The notes beneath the pieces were generated by a model. The model did no database searches and was not told the origin of the DNA. It was given only the letters and a program-made list of their open reading frames with translations. Source: Octopus sinensis (taxonomy: Eukaryota). Taken from it: a stretch of 64,000 nt of DNA. Both the position numbers and the translations under genes were made by a program. Position 1 is the stretch's first letter; each line of letters starts with the position of its first letter. Where the stretch lies: positions 13,454,001-13,518,000 of the forward strand of contig NC_043025.1 in NCBI RefSeq assembly GCF_006345805.1, given 5' to 3'. Below, one piece after another: positions 36,471 to 50,599 of the stretch.

Positions 36471-38999
36471 AGTGAAGGAGATAGTGTGAGTGTGTATGCT
36501 TGAATGAGAGAGGGAGAAAGAAGAGCGATGGGAGTGGTGGTGGAAGTAGATATTTCTGAGTGAGAGTGTAAGTGAAAGGTAAGTAGACTGTGTGAGAGAG
36601 AGAGAAGGAAAGAGAGGAAGAAAGAGAAAGAGAAATAGCGAACGAGAGAGAGAGAGAGAATGTTGATGTGTAAGAGAGTGAGAGCGGGAGGGAAGAGAAA
36701 GACACAGATAAACTGAGAGGGTATAAGAGAGTAAGGGAGGAGAAAGAGAGAGGCAGACAGAGAGAGTTAAGGTTGACATGAATATAGAAGAGAGAGGGTA
36801 AGAGAAAGATATAGATAATGAGAGAGGGTGTGTTTGAGAGACATAGAAAGGCTGTGAGAAAGAGTGAAGGGGGTTTAGTTTTGTGTGGAGGCAGAGAGAG
36901 GGAGGCTTGTGTAGAATTAGAGGGGGAAATCGGTGATAGTGAAAGAGAAATAGATAAAGAGAGGGTGTATGAGAGAGAAAGAGAGGGAGAGAGATCAAAG
37001 AGTGACAGAGAGGGAGAGAGAAGAGAACGTATGAACTGCGGAGAGAGGGGAGAGGAAGATATAGATAAGGAGAATGTGACAGAGAGAGGAAGTTAAGATC
37101 TCTATGTGAATAAATAAGAGGGATAGACGGAGGGAGGAAAAGATAGAGTGAGAGAGAAAGAGAGAGTTAGTATGTAAGTGCATGAGAGGGGGAGAGGGGA
37201 GACGGAGAGGCGTGAAAGTATGAGAAGGGAAGACAGAGGGAAGAAAAAAGAAAGATATAGATAAGCAGAGAGTGTATGTGGGAGGGAGAGTTAAAGTTTA
37301 TGTGTGACTGTATGAGGGAGGGAAAGCGAAAGATAAAAGAGAAAGAAAGAAAAGAAATAGAGAGTGTGTGAAAGAGGGAGAGTGTCTGTAGGTTAAAGTT
37401 TGAGGTGGGAATGTATGAAAGGGGGAGAGAGAACGAGACACACACATTCGCTATTTCTCTCTCTCTCTTTTTCCCTCTGTCCTTCTTCCTCCCTCTCTCT
37501 CCTCCTCTTTCTCTCTCTCTCACACACACAGTCTACTTACCTTTCACTCTCATTCAGAAAGCGAGAGGTAGAGGCAGTAAAAGCGAGTGAGAGAAGGGGA
37601 GAGATGAGAAAGACAAGGAAAAAGTATAGAGGGAAAGGAGGAGGAGGTACTGCTGTGATTTTATGAGAGGAAGAAAGAGAGAGAGATAAGCAAAGACTTT
37701 ATGACATAGAAAGCGGAAGAGACCGATAGAGAGATAGATAGAGTGAGAGGGTAGAGAGGTAGATAAGCAGAGAATTTATGAGAGAGAAGGAGGAAGAGAC
37801 CGATAGAGAGATAGATAGAGGGAGAGAGTAGAGAGGTAGATAAGCAGAGAATTTGTGAGAGAGAAGGGGGAAGAGTCTGAGAAATATATATAGGGAGGGA
37901 GAGAGAGGTGCAGAGAAAGAGATAGAGTGGAAGAGAGAGGCAGAGAAAGAGATAGAGTGGAAGAGAGAGGCAGAGAAAGAGATAGAGTGGAAGAGAGAGG
38001 CAGAGAAAGTGATAGAGTGGAAGAGAAAGGCAGAGAAAGAGATAGAGTAGAAGAGCAAGGCGGAGATGGTAAGTCTTTGAAAACTTGTTTCTTTTCTTTC
38101 TTTTCTTTCTTCTGGATTCGAAGACGAAGGCAAAAATGTACGCAAGATGAACCAAAAGGTCCATTGCTTTGTATGTGAGTTTGTAATAGGGGGCTGCATT
38201 TAAAATGTAGTTTGAACACATTACAACAGAAAGGGACTCGAAAGAATAAGACCCCCTGCTGAAGATATCCTAATTAGGGGCCGTTGGTTTTATGCCAATA
38301 TTCATTCATTCATAACCAAGAAAGAAAGAGCAAGAAAAACGTCTTTTTTTCCCCCTTTTATTATTATTTTTTCTCTCGGTTTAAATTATGAGAGACCATT
38401 TTTTACGAAGAAATAATGCCATCGTCCTTGAATTGTGGATTTAAGAATTTTCCTTTATTTTTCTGGATTGAAATGAAAAAGAAAAAGAAGTAAGATCGAC
38501 CGGGGGTGAATTATTTTTTATCGTTTTTCGTATCCATTAATTTTCGTTTTCGCTATTTTTTCCTCACAAAAATTGAGGAAAAAATATCAAATATACTACA
38601 TATATATATTATCGTAAATATAAAGAGATAAGAAGGTGTATATATATATATATATATATAATAAAGTGAGATAGCTACCGACGTAGGGTTGATGATGCCG
38701 GTAGTGAGTTAAGTGGGGGGCAAGAAAGAAAATAAGGGAAAACGGGAAAAGAAATGTATACGATAGAGAATAAAAGTTAGATTAAAAGACAAAAGTGTTG
38801 GATTGTGGACGGAATAATATCGAAGTTTTGAACAAGAAGGAAAAAGTGAAAGAAAACGCGAAACCGGGGAAACAGGAACGAACGAAATCAGAAGGGTAGA
38901 AGGAAGAATAAGAGTTGAGGAACTTAAGAGAACGGAGACATAGGATTGGAAGAACTGAAGCAGAAGGGAAAATAAGGTTGGAGGAAGTGAAAAGACTGG

Positions 39000-39350
39000 G
39001 AGAAATTAGATTGGAGGAACTGAAGAGGAAGAAGAAATTAAACTGGAGGAATTGAAGAGAAAGGATAAAATAAGGCTGGAGGAATTGAAGAGGAAGGATA
39101 AAATAAGGCTGGAGGAATTGAAGAAAAAGGGAAAATAAGGCTGGAGGAATTGAAGAGGAGGGATAAAATAAGGCTGGAGGAATTGAAGAGAAAGGGAAAA
39201 GAAGGCTGGAGGAATTGAAGAGGAAGGATAAAATAAGGCTGGAGGAATTGAAGAGAAAGGGAAAACTAGGGGAAAATTGAACCAGAGAAATTGAAGAGGA
39301 AGGAAAAAGGAGGTTGGAGGAATTGAAGAGGAAGGAAAATAAGTTCAGAG
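39000..39350 (+). repeat. 32/33-bp purine-rich minisatellite upstream of the orphan ORF
   Basis: (aaaataaggctggaggaattgaagaggaagg[at])n, ~10 units. Confidence 0.85.
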
Positions 39351-39610
39351 AGAAAAAGGTGAATAAAAAACAGGATTGAAGAAAATAGAAGAGGAATTTA
39401 AGAGGAGAAGAAATTGAGAGAGGAAGAGAGAAGGTAAAAAGAGTAGGAGCAAACAGAAGGAAGGAAAATAAAACAAATAAATTGCAGAAGACCAGAAGAG
39501 GAATACAAAATAAAATGAAGAGGAATCAAAGAAGGGAAAGAAACAGAGAATTCTAGATTGCACAGTGTCTGTATAATTTATGAATATTTCCATTTTGTAT
39601 TTGGTCGTGT

Positions 39611-42600
39611 ATGGAAATGTATGTGTTAAACTCTTTGGAGTTTGATGTCTTTGGTATTGTGTTCTTCTTGTACTTGTTCTACCACGTGTTCGCAAAATGC
39701 GTTGGGGAAGCAACAGACTCGTCGCACCAGGTGAACTTGATGAATTACATTTACGACAGCGAATCCGAGGAGAAGACGACGAAAGGTAAGCCTCGGAGAA
39801 GACGTACCCGCCGCAAGAAAAAACAGAAGCGTGATGGGGACTACACGAAGAAAGATGTGTTGCATATGATAAAGCTGTTACTACAGTCGAAACTGGTTAC
39901 CAAGAAATACCCAAAGTACAGCGAACTCCCACCTGAGTTTGGGACGGAGTATTACAACCAGAAATCTGATATAGAATACTACCCTGAACCGAAAACTCCA
40001 CAAGGCAGGAAACCGTTACCCGCTCCCGTGACCAAAGTTAAGTATCAGTTTCCACCAAGCATTCACTACACCGGAACCCGCCACCCTGTGAATGAGGCTG
40101 AGCGCAAAAGCACCCCTCCACCCGAGTTGTACTTTGTTGAACCCAGTGTTCAGCCGGAGGTCCCACCGGAGCCAGAGACCAGACAGCCTAAGCCAAAAAT
40201 TCAGCGAAATGGCCCACCCCAACCAAGGCCTCAACCTATGGAAACATACCACTTAGAAAATTATGTTGAAGTTTATCCTGAACTGAAGTTCCCATCAAGC
40301 AGTGAGCCCCAACTGGAGCCGGAGATCCAGCACGATAGCCCACCCCCACCTAAGCCTGAATCCAAGATTACATACAGCTTAGAACCTTATGTTGAGGCTT
40401 ATCCTGAGCTAAAGTTCCCATCTATCAGTGAGCCCCTACCGGAGTCAGAGCCCAGTATCGAATACCGTGAGCCTAGGCCAGAGATCCAGCATGATAGCCC
40501 GCCCCCAAGTAAGCCTGAATCCAAGATTACATACCATTCAGAACCTGAATTTGAGGCTTCTCCTGAGCTAGAGTTCCCATCTAGCAGTGATCCCCGGTGG
40601 AAGCCAGAGATCCCTGAATCAGAACCTTATGTTGAGGCCTTTCCTGAGCTAGCATTCCCATCTAGCAGTGAACCCCCACTGGAGCCAGAGACCAAAATCA
40701 AATACCAGTCTCTACATGATATTGAATCCCATAAGTCTGATCCAAAGATTACATACAGCTTAGAACCTTATGCTGAGGCTTATCCTGAGCTAGAATTCCC
40801 ACCTAGCAGTGAGCCCCCACTGGAGCCAGAGACGAAAATCGAATACCAGTCTGAACCTGATGTTGAATACCATGAGCCTGGGCCAGAGGTCCAGCCCAAA
40901 GGCCCTCCCCCATATAAGCCTGAACCTAAGGTTACATCTCCTGAGCCAGCATTCCCATCTAGCAGTGAGCCCCCACTGGAACCAGAGATCAAAATGAAAG
41001 ATCAGTCTCTACCTGATATTGAATACCGTAAGTCTGATCCAAAGATCCAGCCAGAAGGCTCTCCTCCACAAAAGCCTGAATCTAAGGTTAGTCTCAGCTT
41101 AGAATCTGATGTCGAGGCTTCTCCTGAGACAAGCTTCCCATCAAGCAGTGAGCCCCCACTGGAGCCAGAGACCAAAATCGAATACCAGTCTGAACCTGAT
41201 GTTGAATACCGTGAGCCTGATCCAAAGATTACATACAGCTTAGAACCTGTTGTTGATGCTTATCCTGAGCTAGCAGTCCCATCTAGTATTGAGCCGCCAC
41301 AGAAACCAGAGATCAAAATGAAAGATCAGTCTCAACCTGATATTGAGGCTTATTCTGAGCCAGAATTGCCATCTAGCAGTGAGCCCCCACAGAGGCCAGA
41401 GACTAAAATCGAATACAAGTCTGAACCTATTAGTAAATACAGTGAGCCTGGGCCAGAGATCCAGCGTACCGGTGTATCCACACCTGAGCTCAGGCACGAG
41501 AGAATTCCTTCACCTGAGCCCAAAATGGTGTCCAAGTTTGATTCTGATATTAATGTCTATACTGATCAGCCAGGGCCTGTTATCAAACCTGATATACAGC
41601 ATGATACTAAACCCCGAGATGAGCCCATGACTGATGTTAAGTCTGAACCTGAACTCGCACCCAAGATGTATTTTCAGCCTGAGATTGAGTACGAAATGCC
41701 ACCAGCTCCAGATACACCCATGACCCAGCCTCAACAGGAGACCAGTGATGAACCTCAGCCTGTGTCTGAGCCCCGGCTTAAGAGGAAGGACCAAAAGAAG
41801 ACTGTGGCAAAACGCAAGTTTAAGCCGAAGCTTGAAACAGTATCGGAGCCTATTTTTGAACATGAACCTGATCTTGAGCCTGAGTCTAAGCCTGAGCCTG
41901 CTCTCCTGCCTAAGCCTGAGCCTGAGCCTGCTCTCCTGCCTAAGCCTCAGCCTGAGCCTGCTCTCCTGCCTAAGCCTCAGCCTGAGCCTGCTCTCCTGCC
42001 TAAGCCTCAGTCTGAGCCTGCTCTCCTGCCTAAGCCTCAGTCTGAGCCTGCTCTCCTGCCTAAGCCTCAGTCTGAGCCTGCTCTCCTGCCTAAGCCTCAG
42101 TCTGAGCCTGCTCTCCTGCCTAAGCCTCAGCCTGAGCCTGCTCTCCTGCCTAAGCCTCAGCCTGAGCCTGCTCTCTCTGCCTAAGCCTCAGCCTGAGTCT
42201 GCTCTCCTGCCTAAGCCTGAGCCTGCTCTCTGCCTAAGCCTCAGTCTGAGCCTGCTCTCCTGCCTAAGCCTCAGTCTGAGCCTGCTCTCCTGCCTAAGCC
42301 TCAGTCTGAGCCTGCTCTCCTGCCTAAGCCTCAGCCTGTTCCCCAGCCTGAGCTTGAGCTTGTGTTTCAGCCTGAGCTTGTGTTTCAACCAGAGCCTGAG
42401 CCATCTCCGGAACCTGAGATTCAATATGAGATTGAAGTGAAACCTCAGTCTGAGCCTGACATTGAGCTGCCACATAAAGTTTCTGAGCCTGAGATCAAAC
42501 TGCAGACTGAGATGGAGACTCAGACTGATGTTGAGCTTGAGTTTGAGGCTGGGCACCATCATGTGACCAAACTGCAGCTCGAGACCGACGCTGAGCATCA

Positions 42601-44182
42601 GCACGTCACCGAGCTCCAGCTGAAGACGGCGTGTCAGCGTCTGAGTGAATTCCAGCTTGAGACTGAGTGTGAGCACGTGACGGACCTGCAGCTTGAGTTT
42701 GTGTCTCAGCACTTGACCAAGTTGCAGATTGTAACCGAAACCAAGCACAAGACCAGCACTGACCACCGACACGTGACCGAAGTCCAGCTCAAGAATGTCG
42801 CTCCACCACAACCACACGAAACCAAACCCGAGTTCCAGTGCAAAACTGAGCCTGAGCCTCAACATTCTCCTGAACCTGAGTCTAAGACGATAACCAAGTA
42901 TGAGCCCAAAATTGACAATGAGACCCAAACTCATCACCAACATCATGATCTTGAGGCTGAGCTTCTGCACATGCGTGAGCACCAGCAAGAGACTGAGTAT
43001 CAGCTTGAGGCTGATTCGAACACTGACATCCACCTTCAATTGAAGTCTTATGCTGTGTGTGACCGCACGACCAGGATTGAGCTGGGTAGAGACAGTGTGT
43101 ACCAATCTGAGCCTGTGCTCTGTCAGGCCCACAAACTGAAGTACGAGACGGCACCCAAGCGCCCGTGGCACGCCTCCGAGACCCTTCTCCGGCAACGTAC
43201 TCAGCATCGATACATACCTGAGAGGACGTGTGAGCATGGCAACGAGACCTGGCTCAAAACGGTGAAGAGTGATCTGGACAGGAATGGAGTTCAGGTTGAG
43301 CCTGAGTGTCAAGATGAGGACGTGGCTCTGCTCAAGGGCTGCATTAGACCAGTATACGTGACTCAGTGCAAGTCAGATACTGATAGCAGTGATCAACTCT
43401 CGACTGAGCTTCGGTTTGGGACGGATACTGAGTCTGAGGCATCGTATCGCGTTGAGGCCAAGACTTGGTGTGAAACGCTGGCTGAGCTTCAGTTTGATAC
43501 GGAGACTGAGAATGAGACTGAGAGTGAGTATGAGCTTGAGAGTGAGTACAAGGCTGGGAGAGAATATCCTCAAATTGGGGTCTGGTGCCCGTCTCCGGCC
43601 AAGAAGACTGACAAAGAATGTGGGATCAAAACTGAGCACCTGCATCCAGTGACCCTCCGGCCTGAGGTGGAGCCTAAGCCATGTGGTGGTGTGACCACAT
43701 ACCAAGTCAAGAATGAAACTAAGTGCTCAGACGAGGCCAAGGCTGAACTTGAGCAGAAAAGTAAAACTGACCACCTACAGCCACCTTCTATGTCTGATTT
43801 TCAGATTGACTCTGTGCCCAGTTCTCATTTATTTTCTGAACTTCTGGCTGCAAGAGACGCCGATCGTTGGAATACCTCGAATCTCTTGTCAGATGCCCAA
43901 ACTGACCGTCAATGTGGTACGGTCCAAAATTTGCCTCAGTGTAAAACCAAGGACGACCCTTGTATTGTAGTACAAGCTGACCATCGACACGTCTCTGATT
44001 CCGAATCCGTAACAGATGTTGACCCTTCACACTTGACCGACTCCCAACATGAAACTCATTGTCCATTTGCGACTACTCAGATCAGAGACCAACCCAGGCC
44101 CTGTTATCCGCGTGTGTGTGAAGAATCTAACCAAAACAACGCCAACCGGTTCATCGTAACATTAATAATCCCCTATTCATAA
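39611..44182 (+). CDS. Intronless orphan Pro/Glu-rich repeat protein (~1523 aa), interrupted in this assembly by a compensating +1/-1 indel pair at ~42175 and ~42230
   Basis: ORFs 39611-42184 (857 aa) and 42362-44182 (606 aa) are in the same frame. GC is higher than in the flanks, and there is an AATAAA at 44419-44424. N-terminal hydrophobic segment VFGIVFFLYLFYHVFAKCV, followed by the basic run KGKPRRRRTRRKKKQKR. Confidence 0.75.
41891..42334 (+). repeat. 30-bp coding minisatellite (~15 units), (PEPALLPKPQ)n
   Basis: Unit (c/t)ctgagcctgctctcctgcctaagcctcag. Confidence 0.95.
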
Positions 44183-45603
44183 TGAACTCTCTTCACACAC
44201 ACATGCAAAGCAGCTCCAGTCTGACCACGTTCCTTTGCTACCTGAAAATTTTGATCATTAAAATTGCCAACACTATGCACAATACAGGGATATTTGAATA
44301 CCTCATTGAATTTTTCTGTGAAATCTTATATGAACACATTATGTTGTTCACCCCAGTTTGTAATTTGATAAGGAGGACTTTACCCGAAAAATTGTTGAAA
44401 AAAATTAAAACTATTGATAATAAACCTTTTATACTCTAATTTTTTTTCTTTAAAAATATGGAAAAGAAAAGAGAATTGTGTTTTGTATTATTCATTATTT
44501 ATTATTAGTGAGTTTGATTCCCAGACCGGGTTGTGTGCTGTGTTCTACTCAGCTGTAGAAATGAGTTGTGACTTCAATGGTGCCAAGCTGTATCGGCCCC
44601 TTTGCTTTTCTCTTGGATAACATCAGTGGCATGGAAAGGGGAGGCTGGTAAGCACGGGCAACTGATGATCTTTCATAAGTAACCTTGCTCAGACTTGTGC
44701 CTTGGAGGGGAACTTTCTAGGAGCTATCTCATGGTCATTCATGAATAAAAGGGGTCTTGTAGCCAGGTAATGAACATTTTTCTCCGTGCCGATGGCACTT
44801 TGAAAACACCGTTCAAGCGTAATCGTTACCTGCGTCACCTTACTGGCACTTGTGCTGGTGGCACATGACAAAAACATTCGAGCAAGGTCGTTCCCAGTGC
44901 CGCTGGACTGGCTCCTGTGCCGGTGGCACATAAAAAGCACCATTTGAGCGTGGCTGTTGCCAGTCCCACCTGACTGGCCCTCATGCCAGTGGCACGTATA
45001 AAGCACCCACTACACTCTTGGAGTGGTTGGCGTTAGGAAGGGCATCCAGCTGTAGAAACTCTGCCAAATCAGATTGGAGTTTGGTGCAGCCTTCTGGCTC
45101 CCCAGACCTCAGTCAAATCGTCCAACCCATGCCAGCATGGAAAGCATACGTTGATGATTTAAGCCCTTCACTCCTATGGAGCATAGACCATCTACAACTT
45201 TTCTCCACTGCTTTTGGATCCCTGCTTTTCCAACTCTATCTCATTATCCTACCTCTAGTTACCTTTAGCTCTTTCTCACTTCCAACTCCCTTGTAGACTC
45301 CTGATGTCCCACCCCCAGCTACACTCAGGTTCAGTAACTTGGCCCTTTTTCTAAGTAGGGACGTTGGTCCTTTTAATTACACAGGGCAACAATTTTGGAA
45401 TTGGTACTCTCTTTTACTCTTTTACTTGTTTCAGTCATTTGACTGTGGTCATGCTGGAGCACCACCTTTAGTCGAGCAAATCAATCCCAGGGCTTATTCT
45501 TTGTAAGCCTAGTACTTATTCTATCGGTCTCTTTTGCCGAACCGCTAAGTTACAGGGACGTAAACGCACCAACATCGGTTGTCAAGGGATGATGGGGGGA
45601 CAA

Positions 45604-45634
<31 letters not shown>

Positions 45635-46539
45635 CATATATATGATGAGCTTCTTTCAGTTTCCATCTACCAAATCCACTCAAGGCTTTGGTCGGCCCGA
45701 AGCTATAGTAGAACACACTTGCCAAAGATTCCACACAGTGGGACTGAACCCGGAACCATGTTGTTGGTAAGCAAGCTACTTACCACACAGCCACTCCTAC
45801 GCCTATATATATATATATATATATACGATTGGCTTCTTTCAGTTTCCATCTACCAAATCCACTCACAAGGCTTTGGTCAGCCTGAAGCTATAGTCGAAGA
45901 CACTTGCCCAAGGTGTTACGCAGTGGGACTGAACCCGGAACCATGTTGTTGGTAAGCAAGCTACTTACCACACAGCCACTCCTACGCCTATATATATATT
46001 TATATACGATGGGCTTCTTTCAGTTTCTGTGTACCAAATCCACTCAAGGCTTTGGTCAGCCTGAAGCTATAGTCGAAGACACTTGCCCAAGGTGTTACGC
46101 AGTGGGACTGAACCAGGAACCATGTTGTTGGTAAGCAAGCTACTTACCACACAGCCACTCTTCAGTAGTAGTAGTAGTAGTGGTAATAGCTGGCCTTGAA
46201 CATCGTGCATTATTAATCAGGGAGATTATGGAAGTGTTTTTCTCAATTAACGAGACACTGCTTAGACAGAAACCTATGCTAATGAGGGAGAGGACACTTG
46301 AAGAAGCCTTCGAAAATGCCCTCTCCCTCTTAATGCTACTTCCTCAGTTGAGAGTCCTATTCCTGGCCCACCATTGGAGGTTTACCTGCAACCTGATCAC
46401 AGATCCTGTTCTACAACTTACCTGCGGCTGCATATTTATCCTAGTTTGAACTAATTTATGGCTCTGGCAATATAAGTAAACGGAAATAGCACATGCAGTC
46501 TTTCTTTACTCAAATTAGCGTGATTTTTATGCATCTTAT

Positions 46540-46949
46540 AGGCGTAGGAGTGGCTGTGTGGTAAGTAGCTTGTTTACCAACCGCATGGTTCCGGGTTCAG
46601 TCCCACTGCATGGCACCTTGGGCAAGTGTCTTCTACTATAGCCTCGGATGGACCAAAGCCTTATGAGTGGATTTGGTAGACGGAAACTGAAAGAAGCCCG
46701 TTGTATATATGTATATGTATATATGTGTGTGTGTGTGTGTTTGTGTGTCTGTGTTTGTCCCCCCCCCCCAACATCGCTTGACAACCGATGCTGGTGTGTT
46801 TACGTCCCCGTCACTTAGCGGTTCGGCAAAAGAGACCGATAGAAAAAGTACTAGGCTTACAAAGAATAAGTCCTGGGGTCGATTTGCTCGACTAAAGGCG
46901 GTGCTCCAGCATGGCCACATTCAAATGACTGAAACAAGCAAGAGTAAAA

Positions 46950-46950
<1 letters not shown>
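46540..46950 (+). mobile_element. tRNA-derived SINE family B (most abundant; copies at ~5436, 5591, 15400, 25730, 32455, 45410, 49725, 57140, 61655)
   Basis: Head ggcgcaggagtggctgtgtggtaag...gggttcagtccc; central (TA/TG)n; tail caagtaaaagag. Confidence 0.85.
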
Positions 46951-47590
<640 letters not shown>

Positions 47591-47859
47591 TAGGTGACCT
47601 CTTCCTTGTCACAGCCAAAGTGCAGGAACGTTGACCTCCGCTTCTCCAACCTTGGTGCCTGTTCATTTCACTAACAAAAGACTTTAAGAGTTCTTTGAAC
47701 TTTTTTTTTTACCGTTTCCATGTTTAAATAGAATTTAGAAGGATTGGAGTGAACTGGGAGGTGGGGGGGGGTGCACTTACACAGGGTTTGCAGATGTCAA
47801 AGCCATGGTGGTGGTGGTGGTGGTGGTGGCAGTGGTAGATGTGATGATGGTGTTAGCAG

Positions 47860-48470
47860 TGTAGTGGTGTTGGTGATTGTGATGGTTGTAGTAGTAGTAG
47901 TGGTGTTGGTGATTGTGATGGTTGTAGTAGTAGTAGTGATGTTGGTGATTGTGATGGTTGTAGTAGTAGTAGTGGTGTTGGTGATTGTGATGGTTGTAGT
48001 AGTAGTAGTGATGTTGGTGATTGTGATGGTTGTAGTAGTAGTAGTGGTGTTGGTGATTGTGATGGTTGTAGTAGTAGTAGTGGTGTTGGTGATTGTGATG
48101 GTTGTAGTAGTAGTAGTGGTGTTGGTGATTGTGATGGTTGTAGTAGTAGTAGTAGTGTGTTGGTGATTGTGATGGTTGTAGTAGTAGTAGTGGTGTTGTT
48201 GGTGATTGTGATGGTTGTAGTAGTAGTAGTGGTGTTGGTGATTGTGATGTTGTAGTAGTAGTAGTGATGTTGGTGATTGTGATGGTGTAGTAGTAGTAGT
48301 GGTGTTGGTGATTGTGATGGTTGTAGTAGTAGTAGTGGTGTTGGTGATTGTGATGTTGTAGTAGTAGTAGTGGTGTTGGTGATTGTGATGTTGTAGTAGT
48401 AGTAGTAGTAGTGTAGTGGTGTTGGTGATGTGATGGTTGTAGTAGTAGTAGTGGTGTTGGTGATTGTAGT
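47860..48470. repeat. 36-bp GTA/GTG-based minisatellite
   Basis: (gtagtagtagtagtggtgttggtgattgtgatggtt)n. Confidence 0.9.
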
Positions 48471-50564
48471 AGTAGTGGTAGTAGTGGTGGTGGTGGTGGT
48501 AGTAGTAGTAAGTCAAGTTGTGGTGTTGGTTCTAGTATGCTTGTAACATTCCACATTGTATGTTTCATACACACACCAAACACCAAATCTGCTAGAAATG
48601 GCAGCCAAGTTCCCTTCAATTTATAACTTTATTCCACCATGTAAGGCTTGGGATCACAGCCCCTTTTAGGAGTCAAAAATTTTGGTTGCTGGACTGGAGG
48701 AAAGTTATCCCATATCGCAAAACTCTGGGGTTCAAATCATTTCAGCAGAGTGGGCCCTAAATACAGGTATATAATCCTTTATCCGGAAATCTAAAATCCA
48801 GAAAGCCCCCCAAAACTGAAGCATAGTGTGTGTGTGTGTGTGTGTGTTTATGCTCCAATAAGAATCCCCAAAGCAGTCTCGAAATAGCAACCAAATTTCC
48901 CTCAACAAAGAGATTGTTTGTGTGTGTGTGAAAAATGGGTCTCAAGACAGCCTTGCCATAGTTACCAAATCTTTTCATTAAGCACAAAAATTTAAATATC
49001 TTTATTTTTTTATCCCTTAACATTGTTGCTGTTTTGTCTGTTAAATGGTGGTTTGGGTTTCAATTCCTTCCTGGTCTAAAAAAATTTTTTTTTTGTTAAT
49101 ACCTGAAATGAATTTAAATATCTTTTTTTTTTTACCCCTTAACATTGTTGCTGCTTTATCTGTTAAATGGTGGTTTGGGTTTCAATTCCTTCCCAGTCTA
49201 AAAATTATTTTCTTGTTATTAAGTGAAGTTGTATTATGATAAGAAATTGTGTGTGTGTGTGTGAAAAATGGGGTTTTTTAACTTCTCAAGCAGTAAAAGG
49301 AACTGATAAAAACAGACAAAAATATTTTATTTATCACAAAAGAATGTATAACGCAATGATAATATAAAATTTATGTATATATGTATATACACACACACGC
49401 GCGCACACACTAGTGTGGAGAGAAAAGCCATTTAATATCCGTGTGGTATCACGCAGCAAACCTGTGGGAAATGTTAAGCTAATAAGCCAACACACACACA
49501 CATATATATATATACACACACACCAGTGTTGCAAAGCGTGTATACAACTATATATATGTCACAAAGAAAAAAAATTGGGGTGTATATAGTTTAACACAAC
49601 GGAGATGATTCAGCCATATATCATCTGTAATTATATACACAGGCTGGTATATAAAGACTATGCAGAAAAACCAGTGTGTAGAGTGAGAAAGGGGGGAAAA
49701 AAAAGGGACAGGTGAAGGAAAACTCTCTTTTACTTGTTTCAGTCATTTGACTGCGGCCATGCTGGAGCACCGCCTTTTAGTTGAGCAAATCGATCCCAGG
49801 ACTTATTCTTTGTACGCCTAATACTTATTCTATTGGGGTCTTTTGCTGAACTGCTAAGTTTACGGGTACGTAAACACACCACCATCGGTTGTCAAGCAAT
49901 AGTGGGAGGACAAACACAGACACACATATATATGATGGGCTTCATTCAGTTTCCGTCTACCAAATCCACTCACAAGGCTTTGGTCAGCCCGAGGCTATAG
50001 TAGAAGACACTTGTCCAAGGTGCCACACAGTGGGACTGAACCTGTAACCATGTGATTTTATTATTACCCACAAGGGGCGAACATAGATGGGACAATACAA
50101 TCTGATGATGGGGTCAGACAAACGAATGGGTTGGTAAGCAAACTACTTACCACACAGCCACTTCTATATACGTATATATATACATCTGTGTGTATATATA
50201 TATATATGTATATATATATATGCATATATATATATGTATATATATATATGTATATATATACACAAAATGAGACAAAATCGCAAAACATCCAGATAGCCGA
50301 TACAAAAAAACAAAGACGGGTCATTCGAAGCTATATATATACACACACACATACATCTACATATATATATATACATCTAAATGGATTTGGTTTCTGAGAT
50401 TCTTTATGCGAGCTCATGTGTTGAAGCAAATTCTGTTGTGTCTGGGGAGGGTCATTCTCTTATAATGTAATATATTTTGATTATAATCACCCCATTTTGA
50501 ATTATATGGATAATACCATACTAAATTCTGGTGCCTTTAACTTAGGTACCACATTCAACTGACT

Positions 50565-50599
<35 letters not shown>

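Noticed and set aside
36390-38221. Leu/Ser-rich hydrophobic minus-strand ORFs
   Set aside because: Translations of GA/CT-rich low-complexity DNA with no splice or domain support.
42188-43312. 374-aa minus-strand ORF, and other antisense or alternate-frame ORFs over 6753-7457, 11857-12779 and 39626-41863
   Set aside because: Shadows of real repetitive coding regions on the opposite strand or in another frame.
47771-48619. ORFs of (VVVVVLVIVM)n and (YYYYNHHNHQHH)n
   Set aside because: 36-bp minisatellite open in most frames, with no unique flanking coding sequence or splice signals.
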